Shown here piece after piece: positions 1-12,894 of a stretch of 64,000 nucleotides of DNA (the first letter of the stretch is position 1; each line of letters starts with the position of its first letter). A program made the translations under genes and the position numbers. Below the pieces are notes generated by a model that was given only the letters and a program-made list of their open reading frames with translations, did not search any database and had not been told where the DNA came from. Origin of the DNA: Octopus sinensis (Eukaryota); assembly GCF_006345805.1 (NCBI RefSeq), contig NC_043004.1, positions 51,274,001 through 51,338,000 on the forward strand, given 5' to 3'.

Positions 1-2611
1 ATCCGCCAATATCAGGTCTTTTCCTGGCTTGTACCTGATATTGTAGTCGTATGTTTGAAGCCTTAACAGTAATCTTTTCAGTCTGGCTGGTGCTTTCGTG
101 AGGTTTTTTCTATGTATTTGTTCTAGCGGGCGATGGTCTGTTTCAATTTTGAAATGTCTGCCATACAGGTATGTATGGAACTTTTCACATCCATATACTA
201 CTGCCAGGAGTTCCCTTTCAATATTTGCGTACTTTGTCTCTGTGAGCGAGAGAGCTTTCGAGGCATATGCAATGGGTTTACCTTCCTGTATCAGTGCTGC
301 GCCAACTCCTCTCATAGAAGCATCGACTTGGAGTGTATTACTGGTTTGCGTTTGTCATAGTATTGCAGAGTTGTCTCCTTACTGATGAGCTTTTTGATTG
401 CTTTGAAATCCTGTGTGTGTGAAGCACACCAATCAAACTCTACGTCATCTTTGTTTAGTTCTCGGAGATTTGCAGTGTGATCGGTCAGCTTGGGTATGAA
501 GGCTCCCATGTAGTGGATGAGTCCCAGGAAGCTCCTGAGTTCCTTCTTGTCTTTGGGTTCTTTGATGTCTCTGATGGCTTCCACTTTAGCGGGGTCTGGT
601 TTAACTCCCTCTGCAGAGTATATAATTCCAAAGAATTTGCACTCCTTTGCTTTTATCACACACTTGTCTGCATTGAGTTTGATGCCTGCTTGTCGGGTTT
701 TCTCCATAGCTTCATGTAAATTGAAGTCATGTGTGGTCTCATCCTTGCCATGCACTTGGATGTCATCTGCTATCCCAATTGCTCCCTTGCAGCCTTGGTA
801 GGTCTCATCTATTTGGCCCTGGAAAACATCTTGGCTCACCTTCAATCCAAATGGGAGTCAGTTGAATCGATATCTGCCAAATGGTGTGTTGAAGGTAGTG
901 AGCATGGATGACTCTTTGTCTATCTTTACATTCCAGTACCCATTACTGGCATCCAGTTTGCTGAATAATTTGGATCCAGCCAATGATGGTGTGATTTCTT
1001 CAAGGGTTGGAATTGGATGGTACTCTCTTTTTAATGCCTTGTTCAGGTCCCTTGGGTCGAGGCATATCCGTAGGGTACCATTGGGTTTTTCCTTGATTAC
1101 AATTGAATTCACCCAGTCTGTTGGTCGTGTCACTTTGGTGATTATTTCTATTTTTTCCATTCTGTCCAACTCTACCTTCAGCTTCTCTTTTAGTTCTAGA
1201 GGGACGCGGCGAGGTGGGTGAACAATTGGTTTGATATTGGGGTCGACTGTTATATGATATCGACATTTCACAAAGCACCCGACTGTATCGTCAAAGCATT
1301 CAGGGTACATGCTTATCAGTTCTTCTTTGTTTGGGATTGGTGGTCCATCCTGCTCGGAGCTGCCTTCACTTCACCATTGATTGACACAATATTTAGCTTT
1401 TTGCAGGTATTGAGTCCAAGAAATGCTGGTCCTTCTGTTCTTGTGACATAAAAAGAACACTTGATTGTTTTTCCTTTGTGTGTCCCTGTGATTGTTGTTT
1501 TGCCCAGTTGTGGAATCCTGGTACCTCCGTACGCAGTGAGGATTACATCACTTGGTGTGAGGATTCCTTCTTTGACTTTATCCTTTAGTGTCATGTGTTC
1601 TGGGAACATCTTTTTGTAGAGGTTGACAGGCAATATATCACTCTGGGCTCTAGTGTCAATCTTTAGCCTTAAGTCAATGTTTATTTGTTTCTTGCCAGAC
1701 TTCTTTTGTATTCGTATCGTTGTGTATGCCTCATTTTTTTTCTGGTCGTCATTTCCCATCTCATGCACATTTATTGTGCCGACTGCCAAGAATTCCTCCT
1801 CTGAGGTGTTTTGTTCTTGTTGTTGGGCATGTATATCTCTTTGTTCTCTATTTCCACTCCTCTTTGAAAATTGGGGCTTGTTTTTCTGGGATTTTGTTAG
1901 CCTACACATTTTCCCCCCAGTGGTTGGGTTTTCCACATGCTTTGCAGTGTGTGCCGAATGCAGGACATTTCTTCCGGTTATTGAACTCATGCCCCGTACC
2001 ACAGTACTGGCATGTTCTTTGTTTGCGGGTATGTTTCGTCCTGTGCCTAGATACAATATCTACACTGCTGCCTAGTGCGCTTGTTTGTAAAGTAAGTGAG
2101 GCCATTTGTTTGGTAGTGGCTTCGAATGCTCTTGCAGTGTCTACTGCTTCTATCAACTGGAGAGTGTCCTTACCTATGAGGGATTTCTGGACTTCTTTAT
2201 GAGCACACCCCCATATTAGTTGATCAATAATTCTTTCGTCCTTGTCTTTGAATTTGCATTTTTCGGCAACATTCTTTAGTCTGGACAGGAAATTGTCAAT
2301 CGTTTCTTGTGGATCTTGTTTCAGGCTCTGGAATTCGTATCTGTGAATTCTATGGTTCGATCTGGGCTCTAGGTGCCTTTCAAATTTCTCTAAAAGTGTG
2401 TCTGGGTTATTGCAATCCGATTCTGACATGTCCCAGCTATTGAATAGGTGTAGGCCCTTCTCTCCCGTCCATAAAAGGATGTAGCTTACCTTTCATCGGC
2501 AGTTGTACCTTTCAGGAAACTTTTGAAAGCTAGTTGAGTTTTCAGTTTGAATTTCTTGAATGCTTCCACGATATCATCGCAGTCCCAGTTCATGATTGGA
2601 TGTACATTCAT
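1..2611 (-). mobile_element. Ty3/Gypsy LTR retrotransposon, decayed gag-pol, running off the window start
   Basis: Order gag - protease - RT - RNase H. Gag starts at ATG 2611 (MNVHPIMNWD...), has a frameshift near 2490 and two Cys/His knuckles (CQYCGTGH...C; CKACGKPNHW). Protease LKIDTRAQ (DTG mutated). RT FSKLDASNGYW and IADD. RNase H VDASMRGVGA...YANIERELLAV. Split over several frames. Confidence 0.93.
312..1310 (-). pseudogene. Gypsy reverse transcriptase domain, frameshifted
   Basis: ORFs 858-1310 and 312-845 carry PRRVP, LRICLDPRDLNKAL, FNTPFGRYRF, IADD and ELRSFLGLIHY motifs. Confidence 0.92.
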
Positions 2612-2956
2612 CCAAGGTTGATCTTCTATGGCAAAAAAATGGTCATCTTCTCTGCAAATCTGGGTATCTTTTGTATGTACAGACCTAAAGAATTACCGAA
2701 GATCTTCAAAACAATTAACACCGATATTATCTACCCTCCAATATATCCGGAACTCTGTACTAAAAACCCATGTCACGTTTCCTATAATCTGTTTTATATG
2801 TATTAATACCCACAAAGCGCAACCGTTATTACGCGTTATACGTTTCAATCCCATATTGCATGATTTAACCGTATTTGTTCTCAATCAGAATTCCTAAAAG
2901 AGATTTCATATCTTATATTCTATATTTCTGAACCATAAATAAGTATAGCTATACGT

Positions 2957-3165
2957 GGAGGTGCAATGGCCCAGTGGTTGGGGCAGCGAACACGCGGTCG
3001 TGGGATCGCGGTTTTGATTCCCAGACCAGGCGTTGCGAGTGTCTATTGAGCAAAAGCACCTAAAGCTCCACGATCTCCGGCAGGGTGTGTGGATGATGGT
3101 GTGGCTACTCTTTCACCACAACTTTCGCTCACTCTTTCTTCCTGTTTCTGTTGTACCTGTATATA
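2957..3165 (+). mobile_element. tRNA-derived SINE (family B), 3'-truncated
   Basis: A box TGGCCCAGTGG 2967-2977, B-box-like GTTTTGATTCC 3011-3021; body matches the copy at 13061-13380. Confidence 0.8.
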
Positions 3166-3794
3166 TGGTAGTTACTTTGAAGAATAAAACACCCGCATTA
3201 TTGAAATATATTGTGATAAATTTCATGTTTCAAAACCTTGCTTACTTTTTACCCTCGTAACAGCTGTTTCATATTACCAAATGTTTCGTGTTAACAATCC
3301 TTCCTAATGTCGAAGGTTAATTCAACAGTTGTCTGACGACTATTGAGTTACATGACACCGACTGCCCACATTAAGAAATTACGTGAATGGAACGCTACCT
3401 ACAATATCAGACAAAGGGACCTAAACCTAGAAAGGCTGTGGGTATCAGTCAACCGTCCAAAAAATAACTCGGAGAATTGCTTAAACAGAAAAGATGAAAT
3501 ATTTAGTTGATGCCTATACGTGTATAAGTATTTCTAATCCAGTAAAAAATTTCCCTATTGCTAGACGAACTTTTATTACACTTCGTGATGAGCAAATTCT
3601 ATACCTAAATTAAATTAGATGTTGATTTGTAACAAATACCATAAAGGTTATTCATTGTTTTGTTTTTTTTGCTAGTTTTTTTTTTTTTTTTTGTGAAGTG
3701 TAAACCGTCCCTACCGAAGAAAGAAGGTGAGATAATAAAGTACGCTTTTGATTTTTTTTTTCTTCTGATATCTCTCAAATCATTGTATATATCC

Positions 3795-3877
3795 ACATAC
3801 ATACATACATACATACATACATACATGCATGCATGCATGCATGCATACATACATACATACATACATACATACATACA

Positions 3878-3908
<31 letters not shown>

Positions 3909-3960
3909 GCATATATGTGTGTATGTGTGTGTGTGTGAGTGTGTGTGAGTGTGTGAGTGT
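3795..3960. repeat. (TACA)n / (TG)n microsatellite
   Basis: Direct reading. Confidence 0.95.
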
Positions 3961-4052
3961 GTAACTGAAATTTATATCAAAACAAAAGACGAAGACAGGT
4001 GTATGAACAACAAGCAGGTGTATTAATTTGACGCTCGGGAAAATGAAAAAGT

Positions 4053-4088
4053 CTGTTACGTTTCGAGTCTACGCTCTTCAACAGAAAG
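4053..4088 (-). ncRNA. Variant minimal hammerhead-like fold (A6U core)
   Basis: Minus strand CTTT-CTGTTGA-A-GAG-cgtaga-CTC-GAAACGT-A-ACAG. The core differs from CUGANGA at position 6, and stem I has 3 of 4 pairs. Confidence 0.4.
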
Positions 4089-4339
4089 GAATAAGAGAAA
4101 ATAGAGAGAGAGAATGAAAAAACTGGTAGATTTAGCGGTCAAGCATCGCAAATGATTAGAAAAAACGTTTGAACAAAGAGGTTGAAAGAAGGTGAGATAA
4201 TAAAGTACTGGTGATCCCAAATGAAGGTGCGCGTGCGTGTGTATGTGTACGTATGTGAATAGGGGCTAGTGACTCTGACGTGAGTGTGTGCATGTGTAAG
4301 TGTGTGCGTGTATAAGTGTTGTATTGAATGACCGGTAGA

Positions 4340-4492
4340 GCGGAAATGATGCGAGGCCGGGGTATCATTGCCGAGCTTGATGTCTCAGAGGTGCTCCGCG
4401 AACCGGTCGACTAAGCGGCGTCCGTTTGACCGATGTACAGGGAAGGGTAGAAATAGCAGGAGATGCAGTAAATGACGTTACTAGAAGTGCAG
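4340..4492 (+). promoter_or_regulatory. CpG-rich unique segment, candidate promoter/first exon
   Basis: Locally high CpG, ETS-like GCGGAAAT near 4340, donor CAG|GTAAAG after 4492; only a 22-codon ORF. Confidence 0.3.
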
Positions 4493-4612
4493 GTAAAGGA
4501 GTGGATGATGTGATAGGAACGATAATAGAAATGTAGCAGATCACTGCCAGTGAAATAGTAGTTAACTTTGTGGAATCATACTTCGTTTTTGTATTCGGGT
4601 TGCAAAATTTTT

Positions 4613-4617
<5 letters not shown>

Positions 4618-4688
<71 letters not shown>
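4618..4688. repeat. (GA)n microsatellite
   Basis: Direct reading. Confidence 0.97.
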
Positions 4689-4691
<3 letters not shown>

Positions 4692-5632
4692 GTCATTGGT
4701 AAGGCGTCATATATAGCGATGGAAGACTTTGATAAACAACTAATTGATTTTTTAACCAAGAAATTAAACAAACAATAGATCAGTTAGTCGTTTAGATAAC
4801 TAGCCAATTGACTAACGATAAAGGAGTGAAATTGAACCAATGCGTGTGTTTATTACTTTTGGCGTAACGACCCTCCCTAAATACGGAATTATACTTTAAT
4901 CAAATGTTGACTCAACTCCAGCTTTCAATATCATTCTGCGACTCTCGTTCTTCGCTAACGACAATGATTTTTCTCAGGAGAGATTGTATCTGTATGTATG
5001 TAAATATCCATCATAATGTATGTGGACGAGTACCACACCACTCACACACGGCCGTACAATGAATGTATGTCTCCCACACATACACACACACATTCTTTTA
5101 TTCTTTGTTTTTGTTCCTTCACTTTTTCAGTCATTTGACTGCGGCCATGCTGGAGCACCACTATTTGGGATTTTAGTGGAACAAATCAACCCCAGGACTT
5201 TTTTTTTAACCCTAGTACTTATTCTATTAGTCTCTTTTGCTGAACTGCTATGTTACGGAGATGTAAACACACCAAAGCGGTGATGAAGGACAAACAAAGA
5301 CGCAAAGACGCACACTTTTCTCGCTGTGTTGCGTGTTCGTTTCTTTTTTGCATCTGTGGTTTTATTTTTGATCTTCTATATAAATGATGACATTTCCTTC
5401 CTTTTGGCCCTTTTTTCTTTCTACGAAATAAGAAGATACATTGCAGAACTGTTATTTTAACGAGTTGTATCTATTTATCACCCGATTAGACACATCTACA
5501 CCGCCGGATGCTCCTGAACTAGTTGTTAAGCGTCCCGCCCGTGCGGGATAGATGTTAGATAGGTCGAAACAATTGTCGTGATTAATAAAAAAAATTCTCG
5601 TATATTTCATCTTCCGTCTTTCATTTACCATA

Positions 5633-5923
5633 TCTTTATATATAAAAGTGAAGTTGTGTGTCTCTCTCCTACGATTTAGATTCCTAACTACTCCCACAGT
5701 TTGCGGTGCAGTTTAACCAAAACCGGGTATCTTATAGTCGTGATTCATATCGAGCCCTTCTGGCTATTAGCGCGCGTCTACGATGAGTCTACGATTTAAA
5801 AAAAAATTTACCATAATTTTCCCCCATTTTTAATGCATTTTTTTGCTATTATTTAAACTCTCTAAAAATGCTTATATAGTTATTTCCCTTACAAACCCGA
5901 GCAACGCCGGGCGATACTGCTAG
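5633..5923 (+). mobile_element. Non-autonomous Helitron (family H1)
   Basis: A|TCTTTATATATAAAAG 5' end; CCCG/CGGG hairpin 5896-5911; CTAG|T 3' end; no TSD; homologous to 39224-39620. Confidence 0.85.
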
Positions 5924-6396
5924 TGTGTATATATATATATATATCTTTCAGTTTCTGTCTACCAAATACACTCACAAGGTTTTGGCCAGCTGGAGGCTAT
6001 AGTAGAAGGCACTTGCCCAAGATGCCACACAGTGGGACTGAACCATGTGGTTGGGAGGCAAGCTTCTTACTACACAACCACACACACACTTACACACACA
6101 TACGCACACGCACGCACGCACACACACACATCACGTGATCGACCAGACTATCGGATGTTGGTCACAATGCACTTTGCATCGTTTTAACTTTTTATTGATG
6201 CCACCCCACTGGCTGAGGGCGAGCGGGTCAACATTCCCCACTGATCGAAAGACTAGACCGTCGCAAGGTGGACGGGCGAAACGCGAAATGAAGTGTTTTT
6301 TCTCAAGAACACAACGCCGTTCTGGGAATCAAAGCACGATTTCACGAACGTTAGTACAACACGCCTTCACACACGCGCGCGTGTATATGCATATGC

Positions 6397-6427
<31 letters not shown>

Positions 6428-6433
6428 TGTATG

Positions 6434-6465
<32 letters not shown>

Positions 6466-6546
6466 CATATACACACACACACACACATATGTTTATAAAG
6501 ATATGTGTATATACACATACATGTACCTCTGCATGGATTATATTGG

Positions 6547-7327
6547 GGATCTTTTCCTTTTGAACGGCACATGTCAACACAATTTCTAGTTAACTAAACA
6601 CTTTAAAACTTCGTATACTGGTAGAATGTGTCAAAATAAAACGTTTTTTTCTCTTGGCTTTCTTGAGAAAATTGTAATTCGTTTGTTTAACGTAGTTTAA
6701 TTTTTCGAATTTTCACCAATCAATTGCTTCTAATTGAGCTAAAATCATTTGCTGCGTCTAAAACTGAGACAATATCATGTCACTAACCCTAACCCTAACC
6801 TTAACCCTTACCCTCACCCTCACCCTAACCCTAAATTTTAGCCTTTCGTTTTTTTTTTCTTAATTGTTAAATTAATTTAAGGATAACAATTAAGAAAAAA
6901 AAACGAAAGGCTAAAACGTATACGTACGGAAAGCGTGTGTATAAAATTATAGAATTGTTTTGTTTGTTAATTGTTTAAATTATTTTCCATTGCTTTCGTT
7001 TTAGCCTTTCGTTTTTTTTACACGCGTAACAATTAAATTACTTTAACAATTAAGAAAAAAAAATTTAGTGTTAGGGTGAGGGTTAGGGTTAGTGACAGGA
7101 TGTTATCTCAGTTTTAGACGCAGCAAATGATTTTAGCTCACTAGAGGCGATTCATTGGTTAAAATTCGAAAAATTAAACTACGTTAAACAAACGAACTAC
7201 AATTTTCTCAAGAAAGCCAGGAGAAAAAAACGTTTTATTTTGACACATTCTACCAGTATACGAAGTTTTAAAGTGTTTAGTTAACTAGAAATTGTGTTGA
7301 CATGTGCCGTTCAAAAGGAAAAGATCC
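6547..7327. mobile_element. Foldback / Mutator-like MITE with ~270-290-bp TIRs
   Basis: GGATCTTTTCCTTTTGAACGGCACATGTCAACAC... is mirrored at 7327. Flanks TTATATTGG / TTATATAGA form a 7/9 match consistent with a 9-bp TSD. Confidence 0.85.
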
Positions 7328-7351
7328 TTATATAGACTACTAGCATTAAAG

Positions 7352-7379
7352 ACCCGTCGTTGCCGGGTGATAGTGCTAG
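7352..7379 (+). mobile_element. Helitron 3' terminus (orphan)
   Basis: CCCGTCGTTGCCGGG hairpin followed by TGATAGTG-CTAG|T. Confidence 0.6.
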
Positions 7380-8000
7380 TGCATGTATATATGTGTATAT
7401 ATATGTGTACATATTACATGTACATCTATATATATATACATCTACACATAAAATACAAAATACAAAGTTATATCTTGATATCGCTAGTGCGGGACGTCCT
7501 ACGTTCCAGATATAAAGGTAAAAATAAAATATTTCCACTTTGCAAGTTTGAGTCGAGTACTCCCTTGACTCGAACCTTGCTTCTATTGTGGCGAATTTAC
7601 CGCCTCTGATTAGATACCTTTCATAGTCGCACCAAGACACTTTTCGAAGGTGCTTTCCTCCATGTGTTCAAATCTTTTTTTTTCTCTCTACATTGTATAC
7701 TTTATAGACAATAGTCTTTTCTTTAATTTAATTTTTATTATCCATTTGGACTATTCCATTTCTGCACGCTAATTTTATTTTTAATTTATTCCCATTCAAG
7801 TTGAAATCATTGATGTAATTTTATACCAATTGCTATTTTTACTTTTGTTATGTTACGATTATATTATACTTTAGTTTGATTTTAATTATTACTTACTACA
7901 TATAATTCAATTGTTATTATTATTTTTATTGTTAAAGTGAAAGTATCTGACATAAAATAGAGAAACGTTTTTGTTTCACGTTTAACACGTAATACTGAAA

Positions 8001-8336
8001 TAGTGGAGAAGATATGATATTGCTATGGGCTCGCTCTAGGCAAGAAGTTGAACATTTTTTTGGCCCATGAAACTATATGGACCCTAAGTAAGGCATGTGT
8101 AAAATTTGAATGAAATTGGTTGTGTAGTTCTCAAGTTTTAGGGAATCGTAGTGGAGAAGATATAATATTGCTGTGGGCTCGCCCTAGGCAAAAAGTTGAA
8201 CATTTTTTTTGCCGATGACACTCCCCGGATCCTAAGTAAGGCATGTGTAAAATTTGAATGAAATTGGTTGAGTAGTTCTCAAGTTTTAGGGAAACACACA
8301 GACAGACACACATTCTCAGTTTTATATATATAAAGA
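8001..8336 (-). mobile_element. Helitron-like 5' portion with a 148-bp tandem duplication
   Basis: Minus strand A|TCTTTATATATATAAAACTG, then TGTCTG repeats and a CCAATTTCATTCAAATTT motif; duplicated units start at 8001 and 8149. Confidence 0.65.
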
Positions 8337-8572
8337 TATAGGTATACTAAAATACACGTTGTAATATATCTGCTTAACCAGAAAACTACACAGGGAGGGG
8401 AGGTATATCCGTTTTATTTTTAATTCTAATGAAGAGGGACAGTTCCTATAAAGCATGTAGACACTCCCTCTGAATGTGTACAAGGTACACACATTCGCGC
8501 GCGTGTAAACTTACAAATGTGCACAGACATTCATATAAATGCACAAAAATAAGCATAAATGAATACAGGCAC

Positions 8573-8632
<60 letters not shown>

Positions 8633-9059
8633 CACACACACACAAACACACACACACACACACACACGCACACACACACACACACACACAACACACACAC
8701 ACACACACACGTGCTTGTCCTACAAACAATGAACTTTTAGAAAGCAGCTCATTGCTAAAAACAATGCCTTTCGTTGAACTGTCAGCTTGCATGAAAGTTG
8801 ACGAACGATTTTGAAAGAATAAAGGCTCCAAACATTGAAAGAACGAGAAAAATGAATGAGAAATGAAGGAAATGAAAAGTTTTAGAAAGTTATTTTCTTT
8901 TCTGTAATTTTTTCATTTCTTTCTTGTTTATTTCTTTAGTTAATGTTTGTTTTATTATTTTTTGTTTCGATTCGGCTCCTTTGCCTTTATTGTTTTTAAA
9001 TTCTAAATTCCAAGTTTTTAATTCAACCCTGTCGTTTTCCAGAAATAAGGCAGAAGACC

Positions 9060-9130
9060 TAATGTGAGGGATGGGGTGGTGATAAAAAGGAGTATTGAGG
9101 TTTAGTGTGAGGAGAGCCTAATTTAGAGAG

Positions 9131-9162
<32 letters not shown>

Positions 9163-10090
9163 CCAAGCAGACAGAAAAGAGAGAGATAGATAGGGAGAAA
9201 GAGAGAGAAAGAAGCAGCAGCAACGGAGAGACATAAGGAAAGAATAACAAAGAGAGCGAGTGAGAGAGGGAAATGGTTGAAAGGTTAAGAGAGAAAGAAA
9301 GAATAAGAAATATGAGCAGACAAAAAAATGTGATGGGACAAAGAGAGGTGGGGTAGAAAAAGAAGAGGAGAGGAGAGAGGAATATATAGTCTGAGAGAGA
9401 GAGAAAGAGAGACAGGAAACCTAATCGATAAACATAGGAAATGACAGATTGAGAGAGAGGGGGAGGTAGAGAGGATGTGATAAAAGATAGACACAGCATT
9501 AATAGAAAGTGAGTGAGAGTAAGAGAGAAGGGGAGTAACTAAAATAAAGAAGGGGAGATATGGTGTGAGTGAAAGAGTGGACAAAGAAAGAAAGAGAAGG
9601 TAAAGTGAGAAGAAGGAAAGGAAGAGTGGAGAGAGGGAGCGGGGAAGGATTAGTGACAGAAAAAGGGTGATGTTAAATAGAGAGTTGCTGACTGACAGAG
9701 AGAGAGAGAGAGAAAGGAAGAGAGAAAGGTGAAAGACAGGGGCAGAATAAGAAAGGGACAGAAAGAAGAAATGAATATATTATGACTGATAGAGAGAAGG
9801 GGAAAGTACAAAAAGATAGGGTGAAAGTAGAGAGGATGAAAGAGAGAGAGAGATGAAGTTTAGAAATATAATTGATTGAAGCAAAAGAGAGAGGGAAAAC
9901 CTGAAGTGTAAAATGTTATGACATAGTGAGAGAGAAAAGAAAGGGAATTTCTAACAGAGAGAGGGTGCTGATGATAAGGAGAAAGAGAAAGCAAGTTAGA
10001 AAAGTAGAAAGGAGAGACAGAAAGAGCAAGAGAGGTGGAAGTTAAAATAAGAAAAAGAGGGGAAGTTGAGGCAGGGAGGAGGAGAGATGG

Positions 10091-10130
<40 letters not shown>

Positions 10131-10180
10131 AAGAGAGAGGGAGAGAGGGGGGAGAGGGCAGAGGAAGAACCAAATCAAAT
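9060..10180. repeat. Purine-rich (GA/GAAA) low-complexity tract
   Basis: Direct reading. Confidence 0.9.
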
Positions 10181-10526
10181 GTAAATATCAGTGATCATTG
10201 TTCAACTACAAATGATAGGACGTATTTGCTATCTGAAGGACAATGGCAGAATTAGAACCCAACACGGGCAAGTCAAGAAAACATTTTCAATTATAAAATA
10301 ACTACGATGAAGAGGTTCACTATACAATGATGTGGTTTCAGGTTCAATCTCACAGCTGTGGCACCTTGAGCAAGTGTCTTCTACTGTAGCTCCTGACAAA
10401 CCAAAGTATTGTGAATGGATTTGGAAGTTGGAAACTAAAAGATGCCCTTCACCCCCCACACACACATGAAACTAAATAAATGACAAAGAAACAGGTAATT
10501 ATGCAATGAACTTCGTTAGCTTACTG

Positions 10527-10745
10527 CAGTGGTTTTCAACCAGGGTTCCGCGGAACCTTAGGGTTCCACCAGTACAGTCCAGGGGTTCCGCAAGAAGTTA
10601 CAAAACTGCTAACATCGACAGTAATTTTTAAGTCTCCTGTGCAGATATGTGTGCATAAGACTATTAAATTATTGCACAGGGGTTCCCCGAGCTAGTGGAA
10701 TGTTTCCTTGGGGTTCCATTCCAGCAAAAAGTTTGAAAAGCACTG
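10527..10745. mobile_element. hAT-type MITE
   Basis: TIRs CAGTGGTTTTCAAC / TTTGAAAAGCACTG; perfect 8-bp TSD GCTTACTG at 10519-10526 and 10746-10753. Confidence 0.92.
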
Positions 10746-11308
10746 GCTTACTGCAATACACTCAGAGCTGAGTGTTTGTGCTTCACCTTATAGCTCCCTT
10801 CAAGCTTCTAAAATGAAGGTAAAGATTATTTTCAGCTTATGCTTTATTCAGAAGCATATGTACAGGGGCATTTGGGGCTAAATTGAGTGTTTGGGCTAAA
10901 TTTGATATTTTATATCTCCTTTTTTGTCAGGAAAAGTCTGATGTATTGGTGATCAGTCGGCAATGTTGGAAAGCATAAAGATTGGAGTTGTGGCTGAGAA
11001 AAGGTTGGCTGACGTGGAGGATTGGAAGCCATCTGAATATTGGAAAAGTGTTTACACCAGGTGTCAAAATGCTTTGAGAACACTGTAAAGGCTGTACGAC
11101 ATGATGTAGACAGCTGCAATGGAGACTATGAAGTCATGGTCAGAAAAAAGGGACACAGCAGGTGTGCTGACAGTCTCCATATGCCACACAGAATTTATCC
11201 AGCAATTTTGAACAGAGCCTTAGGTTCAATTCAGGCTGATGTGTGAAGCTGCTGGAGACTGTGGTCAAGCCCTGTATGTGTATGCATATTTGTGTATGCG
11301 TGTATGCA

Positions 11309-11347
<39 letters not shown>

Positions 11348-11904
11348 ATGTGTGTGTCTCTGTGTGTAAGCATAACTATCTCCTTGCTTTGACATCACAT
11401 GACAGTTGTAAGCACATGCCACAGTCATACAGACACTGAAAAAGTAAAGTCAGGTAAAGTTAACTTCTTGAATCATACTGGCTCACAAGCACCAGTTTCC
11501 CAGTTTCCATGGCATATATAGTCGCCACTTGGACAAGATGCCAGTCTGTCACAGGATTACTCATTTTGCCAGCTGAGTAGACTGGAACAACATGAAATGA
11601 GGTGTTTTGCTCAAGAACACAATGCATCGCCTGGTCCCAGAATCAAGACTACAGTCTAACAATCATAAGTCCAACACCCTAACCACTAAGCCACAAGCCT
11701 CCACTTTGTTTTCAATCTTCCGAGAAATGTCTAGTCTTTGATAAATATTACCTTACTTTGAAACAGGTGAGGATTGGTGACCAAATGGGCACCCAACTGT
11801 TGAAAATCTGCCTCAACAAAAGTCCATCTGACCAGCACAAGCAGGGAAAAATGAATGTTGAAACAATGTCAGTGATTTTCCTCAATAACAAGACACCTAT
11901 CTCT

Positions 11905-12150
11905 ATCCCTCTATTATATATTTCTTTACTACCCACAAGGGACTAAACATAGAGAGGACAAACAAGGACAGACAAAGGAGTTAAGTCGATTACATCGACC
12001 CCAGTGCGAAACTGGTACTTTATTTATCGACCCCGAAAGGATGAAAGGCAAAGTCAACCTCGGTGGAATTTGAACTCAGAACGTAGCGACAGACGAAATA
12101 CCGCTGAGCATTTCGCCCGGCGTGCTAACGTTTCTGCCAGCTCGCCGCCT
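11905..12150 (-). mobile_element. tRNA-derived SINE (family C, Tx1-like tail)
   Basis: Head GGCGAGCTGGCAGAAACG...GAGTTCAAATTCC; central GACTTTGCCTTTCATCCTTTCGGGGTCGAT; tail ...TGTGGGTAGTAAAGAAA. Further full or partial copies near 18378, 19320, 19530, 23415, 24670, 25790, 35668, 36390, 44533, 46740, 47490, 49950, 51420 and 53065. Confidence 0.85.
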
Positions 12151-12894
12151 TATATTTTAATCACTTGACTGGCACAAAGCCACCTCCCTCAATACTACTC
12201 CTCTTCTCTGGTCAAGGATTTTTTATCTTATAAGTTGTTTGATAACCCTGCTTGGTGACCCATGTAAAAAGCACCCAATACACTTTGTAAAGTGGTTGGC
12301 ATTAAGAAGGGAATCTAGCTGTAGGACCATGCCAAAGCATACAATAGAGCATGGTGCAGTTCTCTGGCTTGCTGGCTTCTGTCGAGCAGTCTAACTCATG
12401 TCAGCACGGAAAAAAAAACAGATGTTAAGGGAGGGGGATGATAGTGATGATGATGAGGAGGAGGAGGAGGACGGGCATAAGTTAGACAGAATTCTTTGAG
12501 GCAGTTTTTCCATGGCCATATGTCTTTCCTGTTGCCAAACCTTGTGTGTCCTGGCAAGGTAATATTTCCACATGATTGGACATGTTATCATGGAGAACTG
12601 GAAACAAAAGCACCACATGCATGGTGATGAGACTTGCTTACAATTTGAACTCAGATCACAGAGAGCCACAACAAATGTCACAAGGCATCCTATTAGACGC
12701 TCTAGTGTTTCTGTCAGTTTGTTGCCAAATGTAAACAATTATTTTAGCAATTTCTTGTCCACAGATTTTCTCTCTGACCCAAACAAGCATGGAAACATAG
12801 ACATTAAAAATGGTGATGAGGGAGATTGTTAAAGCAATTGTTTACATTTCACCAGTATTGTATTTTCTAGCATACAAGCTAACATAGTATACAG

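Noticed and set aside
2760-2900. PBS and LTR of the first Gypsy element
   Set aside because: CA-TGG is present on the minus strand near 2770, but the following bases match no tRNA 3' end I recognise, and no second LTR is in the window.
3352-3510. 52-codon ORF (MTPTAHIKKL...)
   Set aside because: Short, with no recognisable motif or splice support.
6783-7092. Chromosome end or telomere fusion
   Set aside because: The tracts are short, degenerate and symmetric within TIRs.
7325-7379. 55-bp mini-Helitron (A|TC...CTAG|T)
   Set aside because: The apparent TC start belongs to the foldback element's right TIR, so only the 3' end is real evidence.
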